From Synechococcales cyanobacterium RM1_1_8 (GTDB lineage Bacteria > Cyanobacteriota > Cyanobacteriia > PCC-9006 > JAAUQQ01), in NCBI GenBank assembly GCA_012032745.1, contig JAAUQQ010000001.1:1-46785 (forward strand): a stretch of 46,785 nt of DNA, given 5' to 3'. The notes under the pieces are model-generated. The model had not been told where the DNA came from, ran no database searches, and worked only from the letters and a program-made list of their open reading frames with translations. The translations under genes were made by a program, and so were the position numbers. The stretch's first letter is position 1. Each line of letters starts with the position of its first letter. This document shows, one piece after another, positions 17,339 through 27,508 of this stretch.

Positions 17339-18650
17339 TTAGGTCAAAGCGGGCACCCGAACCATGCCGAAGTGAGCGTCCTGCTCGGCCCGTAATCTGT
17401 GAACTAGCTGGTTTTTGGGCAGCTCCACATCGTCATAGGTCAGGACTTGGTCCTTGGCCACATTGCGTTTGAGGGTACAGCCCTCAGCCAGACCCATGGG
17501 GAGCAGATTTTGGGCTGCTACGACATCGCTGTTCTCGCATTGGCCGTAGGTCATGTAGTAGCCCAGGCCATCCAGGGTTTCGCCGGCCTTGAGGTCAATT
17601 TTCGCGGTGGTGATCACATCGACCACAGGGGCTCCCAAGGGGGCAATGATGACATCTTTGAACAGGGCGACCCGCGCGGCGGAAAAGGGGCACTTCAAAA
17701 ATGGTCAGGTGGTAGGGTACATAGAAGCTGTAGAGCGGGCCTTGGCCCAGCTTGCCGTAGTTGAGGTAGTGGGCCTGGGTTTTCTCATGGGCTTCGGCAA
17801 ACACATAGACACCGGGGCTGGGCTGGGAGCCGACGACATATTCGACAATACCGCCCAATTCTCGGAGTTGCTCAATGTCGTAGCGATCGATGAGGTCATC
17901 CACATGGCCTTTGTATGTGTGGCCAATCATGCCGCGCTGGGCAACTTTCATTCCGGTTGCATTGGCAACGATTGCTTGCTCGAAGGAAATCTTAGTGCCA
18001 TCGGCAAAGCTAGTCACCATGTTGGGCGTTTGGCCCCAGGTCTTGGCAAATTCTGCTTGGGTTGTGGGATTGCGGTAGCGATCCTGGAGGCCTTTGATGT
18101 TGCCACAGACGCGGGGGGTGAGGCCGATGCTCTCGACGAAGCGGCAGAGGTTGAGCTGAACGCCGGGCTGGTCACCATCGCAGCCGGTGAGGACAACGCC
18201 TTTGCGATCGGCATAGACCTTGAGGATCGGGCCGACGGTGCCGTCGAGTTCGGCATTCATTAGCACCATGTCCTTGCCACAGTCGATCGCCTTGAGGGTC
18301 ACCTGGGCTCCAAACTCCACGTGGCCAGTGGCTTCCACCAGTACATCAATGCTGTCGGCTTCGCAGAGCAGATCGGGGTTGTCGGTGATGGCGGGCTTGC
18401 CTTGGGCGATCGCATCTTCCAATTCCCCCACTGTCATTACGGTCAAAACTTCTGCTGCTCCAGCCTCTCGATAGGCCTGTTCCGCCGCTGCCAGGGTGCG
18501 ATTCGAAATCGCCACCAATTCCATTCCCGGTGTGTAATTGAGAATTTGGTTGGCCAGCCCTCGACTCATAAAGCCAGCTCCAATGACGCCAACTCGGACT
18601 GGATTTCCGGCTTCGGCCCTGGCTTTCAGCGCAGTATCAACAATAATCAT
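17339..18650 (-). pseudogene. NAD(P)-binding oxidoreductase with C-terminal SAF domain (COG4091-like, predicted homoserine-dehydrogenase-like), split by a frame break near 17683-17686
   Basis: Track ORF 17595..18650 carries the Rossmann N-terminus (VRVGVIGAGFMSRGL). It turns into an implausible Cys/His/Arg-rich tail that looks out of frame (RCHHCPLGSPCGRCDHH) after YVPYHLTIFEVPL. Track ORF 17339..17698, in another frame, continues with SAARVALFKDVIIAPLGAPVVDVITTAKIDLKAGETLDGLGYYMTYG, a SAF domain. The two together give about 437 aa, the usual length. Confidence 0.75.
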
Positions 18651-18707
18651 GGTGTCTATACATACTCATGGGAATGATGAATCTAACTAGAATTTCGTTG
18701 TCTTTGC

Positions 18708-19238
18708 CTAGGTTTTCCAAACGGGCCATTCAGCATCCTTGTCAGATATTTTACTTACGGGCAAGGGCCAATCAATATTTAAGGCAGGATCATCGTAGCG
18801 TAGACCTTGTTCACAATTTGGGCTGTAGAATTCGCTGACCTGGTAAAGTGCCTCGCTGTTGTCAACGAGAGATTGATAGCCATGGGCAAACAGTTCAGGA
18901 ACATAAAGCCCCCGATGGTTGGCGGCGCTAAGTTCAATTCCCACATGGTGGCCGTAGGTTGTGGACTCGGGCCGTAGATCCACGATCACGTGGTAGTTGG
19001 CTCCCTGGATGCAGCGAAAGAATTTCGCCTCCGCTGCTGGAGGGGTTTGATAATGAAGCCCTCGTAGCGTGCCCTTTTGGAGCGTCAACGCCAGGTTGCA
19101 CTGCACAAACTGGGGCTTGAGACCATGGGCTTCGAATTCTTGGGAACAAAAGGCACGGGAGAAAAAACCGCGATCGTCCAAGCGAGGCTCTAACTCGATC
19201 GCAAATGCACCCTGCAAGTTCGTTTCAATAAATTTCAT
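18708..19238 (-). CDS. rfbC: dTDP-4-dehydrorhamnose 3,5-epimerase family (RmlC/RfbC-like cupin)
   Basis: 176 aa. Motifs: DDRGFFSRAF, LRGLHYQ, and GLYVPELFAHGYQSL. Confidence 0.85.
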   Translation of the reverse strand: MKFIETNLQGAFAIELEPRLDDRGFFSRAFCSQEFEAHGLKPQFVQCNLALTLQKGTLRGLHYQTPPAAEAKFFRCIQGANYHVIVDLRPESTTYGHHVGIELSAANHRGLYVPELFAHGYQSLVDNSEALYQVSEFYSPNCEQGLRYDDPALNIDWPLPVSKISDKDAEWPVWKT

Positions 19239-19347
19239 GGATGATGCTGGAACAGCTCAAGTTGGACTGAACGAGGGGCCTTTCGCTGGGGTGTAACCTG
19301 CTGGATTGGGCTCAGTCATGGGACGGAGATCATCAGGATCGCCAAAC

Positions 19348-20124
19348 TCAAGACCAGCTTTTCCAGGATGCCTCACCTTCCTTCCACAGTTTCTCTAAAA
19401 TTTGCTTATCGCGCAGGGTGTCCATGGGATGCCAGAAACCACTGTGACGATAGGCCGTAAGCTGACCCATCTGGGCCAGCTTGCTGAGGGGCTCCTGCTC
19501 CCAAATAGTTTCGTCACCTTCTACCAAGTCGATCACTTCAGGCTCCAACACAAAGTAACCGCCGTTGATCCAAGCACCATCCCCCTCGGGCTTTTCGCGG
19601 AAATGTTCAATCTTGTCCTGGCCCTCGGAGAGGGCGATCGCCCCAAACCGTCCCGGAGGCTGCACCGCCGTCAGCGTTGCCAGGGTCTCGCTTTGCCGGT
19701 GAAACTCAATCAGATTCGCAATATTGACATCGCAGACACCATCTCCATAGGTAAAGCAAAAGGTCTCCGGGCCAATGTGCTCTTTGACGCGCCTCAGTCG
19801 CCCCCCGGTCATCGTGGTTTCCCCCGTATCCACCAAGGTCACCCGCCAAGGCTCAGCGGAACCGTTGTGGACATTCATCTGGTTGAATCGCATGTCAAAC
19901 GTCACGTCTGACATGTAAAGGAAGTAATTTCTGAAATACTCCTTGATGATATTTCCTTTGTACCCACAACAGACAATAAAGTCATTTACCCCGTAGCTGG
20001 AGTAGGTTTTCATAATGTGCCAGAGAATCGGGCGTCCCCCAATCTCCACCATGGGCTTCGGTTTGAGGCTGGTTTCCTCACTCAGCCTCGTTCCCAGTCC
20101 CCCTGCCAAAATAACTGCCTTCAT
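19348..20124 (-). CDS. rfbF: Glucose-1-phosphate cytidylyltransferase
   Basis: 258 aa. MKAVILAGGLGTRLSEETSLKPKPMVEIGGRPILWHIMKTYSSYGVNDFIVCCGYKG is near-canonical RfbF. Confidence 0.9.
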   Translation of the reverse strand: MKAVILAGGLGTRLSEETSLKPKPMVEIGGRPILWHIMKTYSSYGVNDFIVCCGYKGNIIKEYFRNYFLYMSDVTFDMRFNQMNVHNGSAEPWRVTLVDTGETTMTGGRLRRVKEHIGPETFCFTYGDGVCDVNIANLIEFHRQSETLATLTAVQPPGRFGAIALSEGQDKIEHFREKPEGDGAWINGGYFVLEPEVIDLVEGDETIWEQEPLSKLAQMGQLTAYRHSGFWHPMDTLRDKQILEKLWKEGEASWKSWS

Positions 20125-21201
20125 AAAGCTTGCCTAATATCAATTAACGGACAGCGACGAATAACGAATTGCTGCGGACCTAGGGTTGCTAGATCACGAT
20201 TCGCTTGGAGCAGCAATGGTGGTTGCTGATACTGATGCCTCCAAAGCCCGGCCCAGCCTCGTTGCGAGGCCTGATTGTGGTCTCGCCTGCCCAGGAAAGA
20301 CTGGTCCCAATGTCCCACGAATGCGTCATCCTACCCAGCAATTTAGCATTTATTTTCTGATGCTATTTATGAGATCTTTCGGGATAGTGGGCCACTTCAG
20401 CTAGCGGGGTCCGTAGAAATAACGACTCGATACAAAATATTGCCCGCCGCTCCCCAAAAAGACCAGAGATGCATCAGTGCTAATACTTGGGGAATGGACT
20501 GCATGTAGTTTGATTGCATGCCATTTGTGCGATCGTCTCATTGCCCAAAGTGGGCGAGCATCCATGCTGGTTTCAGGGAGAAGATCAGCCCCCTCGGCGG
20601 AGATTGTGGTCTAGCCCTCAGCCGCCCTGGACAAGGCTGGCCAAGAAACCAGGTGAAGAACGGGAGAAACAGCCTTACCCAGGGGAGTTCCCCTCATCCA
20701 TTACGTTCATCCATTACGTTGACTTATGTACATAGTTCATGGGTACTCTATGGGCCAGCGTGAGGATGCCGTCTCTTTCCAGATTTGCATACTTCTACAC
20801 TGTCTCTGGCTTCGGAATTCCCTTACAATTGACCCAGTGGTCCGCTCCTCTGCTTTCTTGACTGCCTCGGCCCTGCAAACGCGAACGCTGGCGATGTCCG
20901 TGGCAAAGGATCCATGGGGGCCGAATCTACGTCTTCTATCCATATCCTCTAGAAATCTCCAGGCCTAGAACCTATCGCCCACGCTTAGAGTGTCGGCTGA
21001 GACTGTTGGGCCATGCCTGACCAAGGCAGCTTTACGCCTAAATCATAATCCATGCCTCAACTCGTTAAGGGAAGGTGAAGTTTTAAGTGAAACCACCCGA
21101 TGCCTTAACTCCAGTCTCACTCTAGTTTCAATGAACGTAATCACCGCGAATGTAATAGCTACAGCGAGAAAATAGTCGAACGGGACTGATTCACTCGGGT
21201 T

Positions 21202-22434
21202 ATGAAAAAACCTTCTATCACAATTTTTTATCAGTATGACCCGTGGGACTCCACCATTGGCGGCATTCAAACGACGGTAAGCTCGTTTATTAAGTATGCC
21301 CCGCCTGAGTTCGAGCTGCGTTTTGTGGGTATTACCTCTGAGCGGGGGCGATCGCTCCACCAGTGGCACGATATGGAACTCCAAGGGCGCAGCCTCAAGT
21401 TCATGCCCGTTCTCTACATCGAAGACGACAATCGCCGCAATTTGCTATTTCCCACAACGCTGCGCTACACCCTGGCGCTGTTGAGACACCGCTTCAACTC
21501 GGACTTCATGCATTTTCATCGCCTGGAGCCAGCCCTCGCCACCCTGCGTGCCCCTGGAGACAAGACCTTCTTCATTCACAACGACATCCACAGCCAAATC
21601 CTCAGCCAGGAGGGTGGCCAAAAAAATACCATGCTCTGGCGCTATGCTCCCCAGGTCTACGGGCGGCTGGAGCGTTTCCTGCTCAATCAGTTCACGGAGA
21701 TTCTCTCCTGCAATTCGGACTCCATGGCGCTGTACCGCGATCGCTACCCCGAAGTCGCCGATCGCGTCTCCCTGATTCGCAACACCGTAGACAACGAACT
21801 CTTCTACCCCCTCGACCCTGAGATCAGGGATCAGCGTCGCCGCCACCAAGCGTCCCGGCTCGGCCTCTCGGAAGAGACCCAATTCATCCTGTTCGCAGGG
21901 CGTCTGCACCCCCAGAAGGATCCCCTGCTGCTGATTCACGCCTTGGCGAAGCTTCAGAACCCGGAAGCGCATCTGCTGATCGCTGGCGAAGGGGAATTGC
22001 GCAGTGATGTGGAAGCTGAAATTCTCAAGCTTGGCTTAGCATCTAAGGTAACCCTCCTGGGTGCCATGAAACAGTCCCAGCTCGCCGCACTACACCAACT
22101 TGCCAGCGTTTGTGTTTTGACCAGCAAATTCGAAGGCCTGCCCCTGGTGGTTCTCGAAGCCCTAGCCTGTGGTACCCCCATCGTCTCGACCCGCTGCGGA
22201 GAAACGCCCAAGCTGCTTTCCCCCCAGAGCGGACTGCTGTGCAGCGATGCCCATCCGAGCACCGTTGCCGCTGCCCTGGATCAAGTGCTGGCAGCCCCTG
22301 GGCAATACCCCGCCCCAAGCTGTCTCCAAGATGCCCACCCCTACCAAGCAAAGACCGTTATTCACGAGGTTTATGAACGAATGCTAGCGCGCTGGCGGGG
22401 TCGCCAGCCGACACCGACCGCCGCCCTCTCTTAG
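21202..22434 (+). CDS. Glycosyltransferase family 4 (GT-B, group 1)
   Basis: 410 aa. The C-terminal half has FAGRLHPQKDPLLLI and the E-x7-E block SKFEGLPLVVLEALACGTPIV. Confidence 0.85.
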   Translation: MKKPSITIFYQYDPWDSTIGGIQTTVSSFIKYAPPEFELRFVGITSERGRSLHQWHDMELQGRSLKFMPVLYIEDDNRRNLLFPTTLRYTLALLRHRFNSDFMHFHRLEPALATLRAPGDKTFFIHNDIHSQILSQEGGQKNTMLWRYAPQVYGRLERFLLNQFTEILSCNSDSMALYRDRYPEVADRVSLIRNTVDNELFYPLDPEIRDQRRRHQASRLGLSEETQFILFAGRLHPQKDPLLLIHALAKLQNPEAHLLIAGEGELRSDVEAEILKLGLASKVTLLGAMKQSQLAALHQLASVCVLTSKFEGLPLVVLEALACGTPIVSTRCGETPKLLSPQSGLLCSDAHPSTVAAALDQVLAAPGQYPAPSCLQDAHPYQAKTVIHEVYERMLARWRGRQPTPTAALS

Positions 22435-22476
22435 TTCAACCTTAGAAACTCATAGAAGAAACCCATAGGAAACGCT

Positions 22477-23655
22477 ATGAAAATTGCAGTTATTGGTGCG
22501 AAGGGTCTACCGCCGGGTCAAGGCGGGATTGAACATTACTGTGCCGAGGTTTATCCCAGGCTGGTTGAGGCGGGCCATTCCGTCGATTTTTATGCCCGGT
22601 CGTCCTACATCGAGCTGCCCTGGTTTGATGAGTATGATTTCTACGGGGTGCGGGTAATTTCTCTACCCTCGATAGAACTCAAAGGGGTGGATGCCTTCCT
22701 GAACGCTGCCATGGCTGCGGTCCAGGCCAGCCGCAAGCAGTACGACATGATCCACTTCCACGCCCTGGGGCCTTCCCTGTTCACTTGGTTGCCTCGCCTC
22801 AGCCGCTCAGCGGCCAAAATCGTGGTGTTTTGCCAGGGGCTAGACTGGCAGCGGGCCAAATGGGGAAAATTCTCCAGCAAAATTATTCTCGCGGGCGAGC
22901 AGGCTGCCGTTCGCAACGCCGATGAAATCGTCGTTGTTTCCGAGGCGCTTCAACAATATTTTTGGGAAACCTATAATCGCAAGACCACCTATATACCGAA
23001 TGGGGCAGCGAACTATGCCAAATCCGATCCAGAGTTTGCCTTTTCCCGCTCTTTGACCCTAGAGCCTGGCAAATACATGGTGTACCTGGGCCGTTTGGTG
23101 CCAGAAAAGTGCCCAGACCTGCTAATCAAGGCCTTCCAGCAGCTACAGCCCCAAGGCTGGAAGCTTGCCTTGGTGGGCGGCAGCAGCGATACCCCCGATT
23201 TCCAGGCCAGGCTGCTGGAATTAGCAGATGGCAACCCCAACATCCTGTTCACGGGCGTTTTGCGTGGAAAGTATCTAGCGGAGGTTATTCGAGGCTCGGG
23301 ACTCTTTGTGCTTCCGTCCCAGCTAGAGGGCCTTCCCTTGGCCATGCTCGAAGCGATGAATGAGGGCATTCCCATTCTCGGTAGCGACATCCCTCCCCAT
23401 CAGCAGTTGCTGGACCAGGAACGGGGGCTAATGTTTGCCACTAACGATCTAGAAGACTGTGCCAGCCAGCTTGCCTGGGCGGTGGATCACCCCAATGAGC
23501 TGGCCGCCTGCGCCAGTCGTGCCCAAGCCTACGTTCACCAGAACTGTAGCTGGAGCAAGATTGTCAGTGACAACCTGGCTCTGTATGAGCGCATGTTCAA
23601 AACTGCCGCTGAACCGGCCCTCTTAGAGATCCAGCCTGCGGTGGATAGTCGCTAG
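22477..23655 (+). CDS. Glycosyltransferase family 4 (GT-B, group 1; DUF1972-like N-terminus)
   Basis: 392 aa. MKIAVIGAKGLPPGQGGIEHYCAEVYPRLVEAGHSV resembles the DUF1972 N-domain. Other motifs: YLGRLVPEKCPDLLI and PSQLEGLPLAMLEAMNEGIPILGSD (E-x7-E). Confidence 0.85.
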   Translation: MKIAVIGAKGLPPGQGGIEHYCAEVYPRLVEAGHSVDFYARSSYIELPWFDEYDFYGVRVISLPSIELKGVDAFLNAAMAAVQASRKQYDMIHFHALGPSLFTWLPRLSRSAAKIVVFCQGLDWQRAKWGKFSSKIILAGEQAAVRNADEIVVVSEALQQYFWETYNRKTTYIPNGAANYAKSDPEFAFSRSLTLEPGKYMVYLGRLVPEKCPDLLIKAFQQLQPQGWKLALVGGSSDTPDFQARLLELADGNPNILFTGVLRGKYLAEVIRGSGLFVLPSQLEGLPLAMLEAMNEGIPILGSDIPPHQQLLDQERGLMFATNDLEDCASQLAWAVDHPNELAACASRAQAYVHQNCSWSKIVSDNLALYERMFKTAAEPALLEIQPAVDSR

Positions 23656-23741
23656 GTTTCCACCTCCAAGACCTGAGTGCCAGCCTGGCCGGGGCATCTC
23701 AAACTGTACCCACCATTTGATTGGGTGTTATTACTTGACAC

Positions 23742-25953
23742 TTGAACCCTATGACCCCTGTAGTCTCACTGGCCTTAGTTCTAAAGCGACGTCTCCTACC
23801 GGCGCTAGTGACGTTCTCTGCGGTCGTGGGTGGGGCCTATGCCTATTTGCAAGTCGCGAAGCCGACCTATACCGCCCAGGTGCGCTTGGCCATTGATGAT
23901 CCGGGCGGCAGCGTTTCGGAACTTGGCCAGACCCTAACGCGGCTGCCGAACAATCTGCCCGCCGCTGACCCGATCGCCGCCCAGGCAGAGCTAGTCGCCT
24001 CCCAGCGTATCCTCGACCATGTCTACCAGGCCCTGCTGGACCATGGGGAAATCAAGGAAGGAGACCCCTTTGATGGAGCCTATCAGATTCGAGAATCCTT
24101 GAAGGTCAAGATCGTTCCAGCCACCAATTTCCTGGATGTGATCTACGAAGGGGGGCAGCCGGAGTTGACGGCAAAAATCGTCAACACGATCGCCAATGCC
24201 ATGGTTCAGCTCAGCGCCGAGGAAATTCGACGGGAGGCCTCCTCGGTGCGCAGCTTCCTGGATGAACAGATTCCCCAGCAGCAGAGCAGGCTCAAGGAAG
24301 TTGAAGCCCGCGAAACCGATTATCGGCAGAAATTTTCCATCGTCGATGCCGATACCCAGGCCGCCAGCCTGGTGACCAGTTTGGCGGCTTTGAGGGATCA
24401 GGAGCGCATCTTGGTCAATCAGCTCCAGGCCGCTTCAACCCAAAATGCCATGTTGAAGACCGTAACGGGGTTTGATCAACCCCAGGTTGCCTATGTGGCA
24501 ACCCGCGTCGGTCAGGATGAAGAACTGCGCAATTTGCGTGCTTCTATTTTGGCGGCCGATGAAAAGATTGCTGAGGCCAGTTCTCGCTTTCAATCGGATC
24601 AACCCCAGGTTTTATCCCTGACCCAGCAGCGTTCAGATCTGCAGAAGCTTTACGATCAGCGCCTAAGTCAGTTGATCGCTGGGGGGCAAGCGCCTCCTGA
24701 AGGGAGCAATGGCAATGCCGGTGCCACGGCCAGTGGAGCCAAGGCCAGCAATGCCTTGAGCCAGGATTTGATCTCTCGCTATATTCTCAGCCGGGTGGAT
24801 GCGGAGGCGATCACCAAGCAGTTACAAACGGTGAAGCAAAGCCAAGCTGAGATTCAGGCCGATCTGCAATCTCTACCTGCCAGACGCCAGAGGCTGAATG
24901 AGATTGAGCGGGAGCGGAATGAGCTCAGCTCGGCCCTGGATCTGTTGCAAAACAAACCTCCAGGAGGCCCGCATTGCTGAGGCACAGCTAATCAGCAACG
25001 TGCGGGTTGTGGACTATGCTGGCCTGCCTGGGGAGGCTTCTTCGCCCAAGCCAACGGCCATTTTGTTCTTGGCGGGGGTGGCGGGCATTGCCCTGGGAAC
25101 GGGGGTGGTCTTGCTGCTTGAGCTAATGGATCGGCGTTTGCACAACGTGGGTGATGTGGAGTCCGAGACAGACGTTCCCGTGATTGGCGTGCTGCCCCGA
25201 GCCCATCGCCGGGTTTTGGCGGGGGATTTGGGCAAGTTTTTAGACCATGCGGATGCCGTGGAACCCCACCGTGGCTTGCTCAAGAGTCTGGAGCTTTCTA
25301 GCCCCCAGCAGCCTAAGGTGCTGGTCTTTAGCGGAACTCGCCGAGGGGAGGGCAAGTCAGATGTGGTTGCTCGCCTGGGCTTGGTGGCGGCCATGCTCTC
25401 CCGCCGCACCCTGATTATCGATGCCGATCTGCAAGACCCTCGCCAGCATGGCATTTTTGGATTGCCCCAGGCTCCGGGCTTGACCCATGTGGTCGGCAAT
25501 GAGCTATCCCTGGAAAGTGCGATCCACTGGAGCGGGTTTAAAAACCTGGATATTTTGTCCTACGGAGGATTCTCCCAGCGCCCCTCTACGATTACGGAAT
25601 CGACGCAGATGGCGCAGCTCATCAAGGCAGCGGCACAAAAATATGACTTGGTCATTCTAGATACGCCGCCCATAAGTGATTGTGCTGATGCAATGACCCT
25701 GAGTCAGTATGCGGATGGTTTGGTCTTTACCGTTCGCCCTAATGTCACAGGGCGGGATGGTTTGACAGCCGCTGTGGGCGTACTGCGCAAGCGCGGTATC
25801 AATTTGATGGGTGTGGTGGTGAATGAGACGCCCACGTTGGCCCAGCTCAGCCCTCGGGAGGAGAAGCTGGGCGGGCAGTTGCCTTGGTCCCAGGCTCCGG
25901 AACAGGAGCAGGAATTTCGCTTCTTGAGTGAAGGGAGCCGCAGCAGTCTCTGA
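23742..25953 (+). pseudogene. wzc: Wzc/GumC-like polysaccharide co-polymerase fused to a BY-kinase-type P-loop domain, split by a frame break near 24957
   Basis: Track ORF 23742..24980 has TM1, the Wzz/GumC periplasmic region and a coiled coil, and ends ...ALDLLQNKPPGGPHC*. Track ORF 24898..25953, in another frame, reads ...NLQEARIAEAQLISNVRVVDYAGLP, then TM2, then Walker A SGTRRGEGKS, A-prime LIIDADLQDP and Walker B DLVILDTPP. The ORFs overlap by 83 nt and together give about 737 aa. Confidence 0.8.
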
Positions 25954-25999
25954 CGATTGAGTTAGGTTTCCCTCCGCCTTCGGGTCTCATATTTGCTCT

Positions 26000-27508
26000 A
26001 TGTCCCATCCCTCCCAGTCTCCCCCTCGGCCGCTGAATCGATCGGGCGATCGCCCCGATCTCCCGCTGCTCACGATTGCCCTGAGCGCGATCGGAGTCGG
26101 GCTGGGACTGATCATTGGTTTCTTGGCGGGGGTGGCTCCCATCGCGCTGCTGGCGGTGCCGATGCTGGTTGCCGTTAGCTTTGTGATGCTGCGGCACTTT
26201 GAATATTCTGTGATCATGCTGCTGGTTCTACGCAGTGCGATCGATAGCTTCTCCGAGCAGCAGCTCACCGTCGCCTTTGCCCTGGGTGTGGATGCCCTGG
26301 CCATTGCTGTGGTGATCCTGCGGCTGCTGTCCAGGCAGAAGATTCACTTAGATCGCATGTGGATTTTTTTCGCCCTGTGGTGTGCTGTTCAGGGAATTTG
26401 GGTGGTCTTGCTGCCCCTGGGGGGCCTGGGCATGGGGGGCTGGATGCTGTCCGATGGCTTACGGGAGTGGGTCAGGATTTTTTCCTGGCTGATGGCCTAT
26501 TTGCTCGTCATGCAGCTCAAGGGAAAAGTCCCCCCCAAGACGGTGATTACACTGCTGTTTTGGTCTCTTCTGGTGCCCCTGCTCGTCGCTGTCCTACAAA
26601 TGACAGTGCCTTCTATCCTACCCCCAGAATTCTCCATCCATGGCGTGGGGGCTGAGGCCGCAGGGCCGGTGGAAGATGAGCTGAGGGTGCGCGGCAGCCT
26701 GGGACATCCCAACGGCTTGGCGACGATGCTGTTTTTCTTTCTGGGCTTGACCTACTGGAAGTGGCAATCGGCGACCCAGCCTAAATGGCCCTGGCTTTTG
26801 CTGTTAGGGATCCTGTCGGGCTTCTACGTAACCACAAAGGCCCTGTTCAGTCTGGTGATGATTACGGTGTTTATGGCGATCGTCGTGGCGCGACGCCTCA
26901 GTCTGGGGAGCCTGCTGGGAGGAGGATTGATCGTTGCTCTCATTCTCACCCTGTTTGGCAGTACTGAATTTGGCCAAGAGCGCTTGGCTTCGATTGGCTC
27001 CACGCCGCTGCTCAATCCTGATATCGACATCACTCGGGCAATTTTGATGTCGAATTGGGATTACAACAGCTTCAACTGGCGGTTGTCCCAATGGTATCTG
27101 CTGTGGCAGCGCTGGGAGGAATATCCTTGGCTGGGCTATGGTCTGGGATTGAGCTTGCAAACGGCAGGCAATGGGTTCTTACCCCACAATGATTATATTC
27201 GGGCCATGATTGAGGGCGGCCTCATCGGTCTAGGCACCTATTTGATGTTTTTTGTGGGGCAGATGCTGCACCTGTTCCGTCTGTTTCAGACCACCACCGG
27301 GGATCAGCGCCAGCTCTGTTTTATTCTGTTTGCGATGGTGCCAGCCATTCTGATGGGGATGTTAACAGAGAATATTTGGAGCCACACCATGCTTTATTTC
27401 TATTGGTGGACGGCGGTGGCGGTGGCGGGCTGGGATTGGGATGAGCGATCGCAAACCCCAGAAATTGAACCCCAGCTAAAACCCAGCATTATCGATTCGG
27501 TCATATGA
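26000..27508 (+). CDS. wzy: O-antigen ligase/polymerase family membrane protein (Wzy_C domain)
   Basis: 502 aa with at least 10 TM segments. It has a large loop with RGSLGHPNGLATMLFF and a later PHNDYIRAMIEGGLIG block, typical of the Wzy_C/O-antigen ligase family. Confidence 0.8.
   Translation: MSHPSQSPPRPLNRSGDRPDLPLLTIALSAIGVGLGLIIGFLAGVAPIALLAVPMLVAVSFVMLRHFEYSVIMLLVLRSAIDSFSEQQLTVAFALGVDALAIAVVILRLLSRQKIHLDRMWIFFALWCAVQGIWVVLLPLGGLGMGGWMLSDGLREWVRIFSWLMAYLLVMQLKGKVPPKTVITLLFWSLLVPLLVAVLQMTVPSILPPEFSIHGVGAEAAGPVEDELRVRGSLGHPNGLATMLFFFLGLTYWKWQSATQPKWPWLLLLGILSGFYVTTKALFSLVMITVFMAIVVARRLSLGSLLGGGLIVALILTLFGSTEFGQERLASIGSTPLLNPDIDITRAILMSNWDYNSFNWRLSQWYLLWQRWEEYPWLGYGLGLSLQTAGNGFLPHNDYIRAMIEGGLIGLGTYLMFFVGQMLHLFRLFQTTTGDQRQLCFILFAMVPAILMGMLTENIWSHTMLYFYWWTAVAVAGWDWDERSQTPEIEPQLKPSIIDSVI

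Noticed and set aside
23742-25953. The possibility that the Wzz-like and kinase-like ORFs are a natural two-gene (CpsC/CpsD-style) system.
   Set aside because: The break lies before TM2 inside the coiled coil. The ORFs overlap by 83 nt in different frames, and a single-base change restores a continuous consensus-like sequence.
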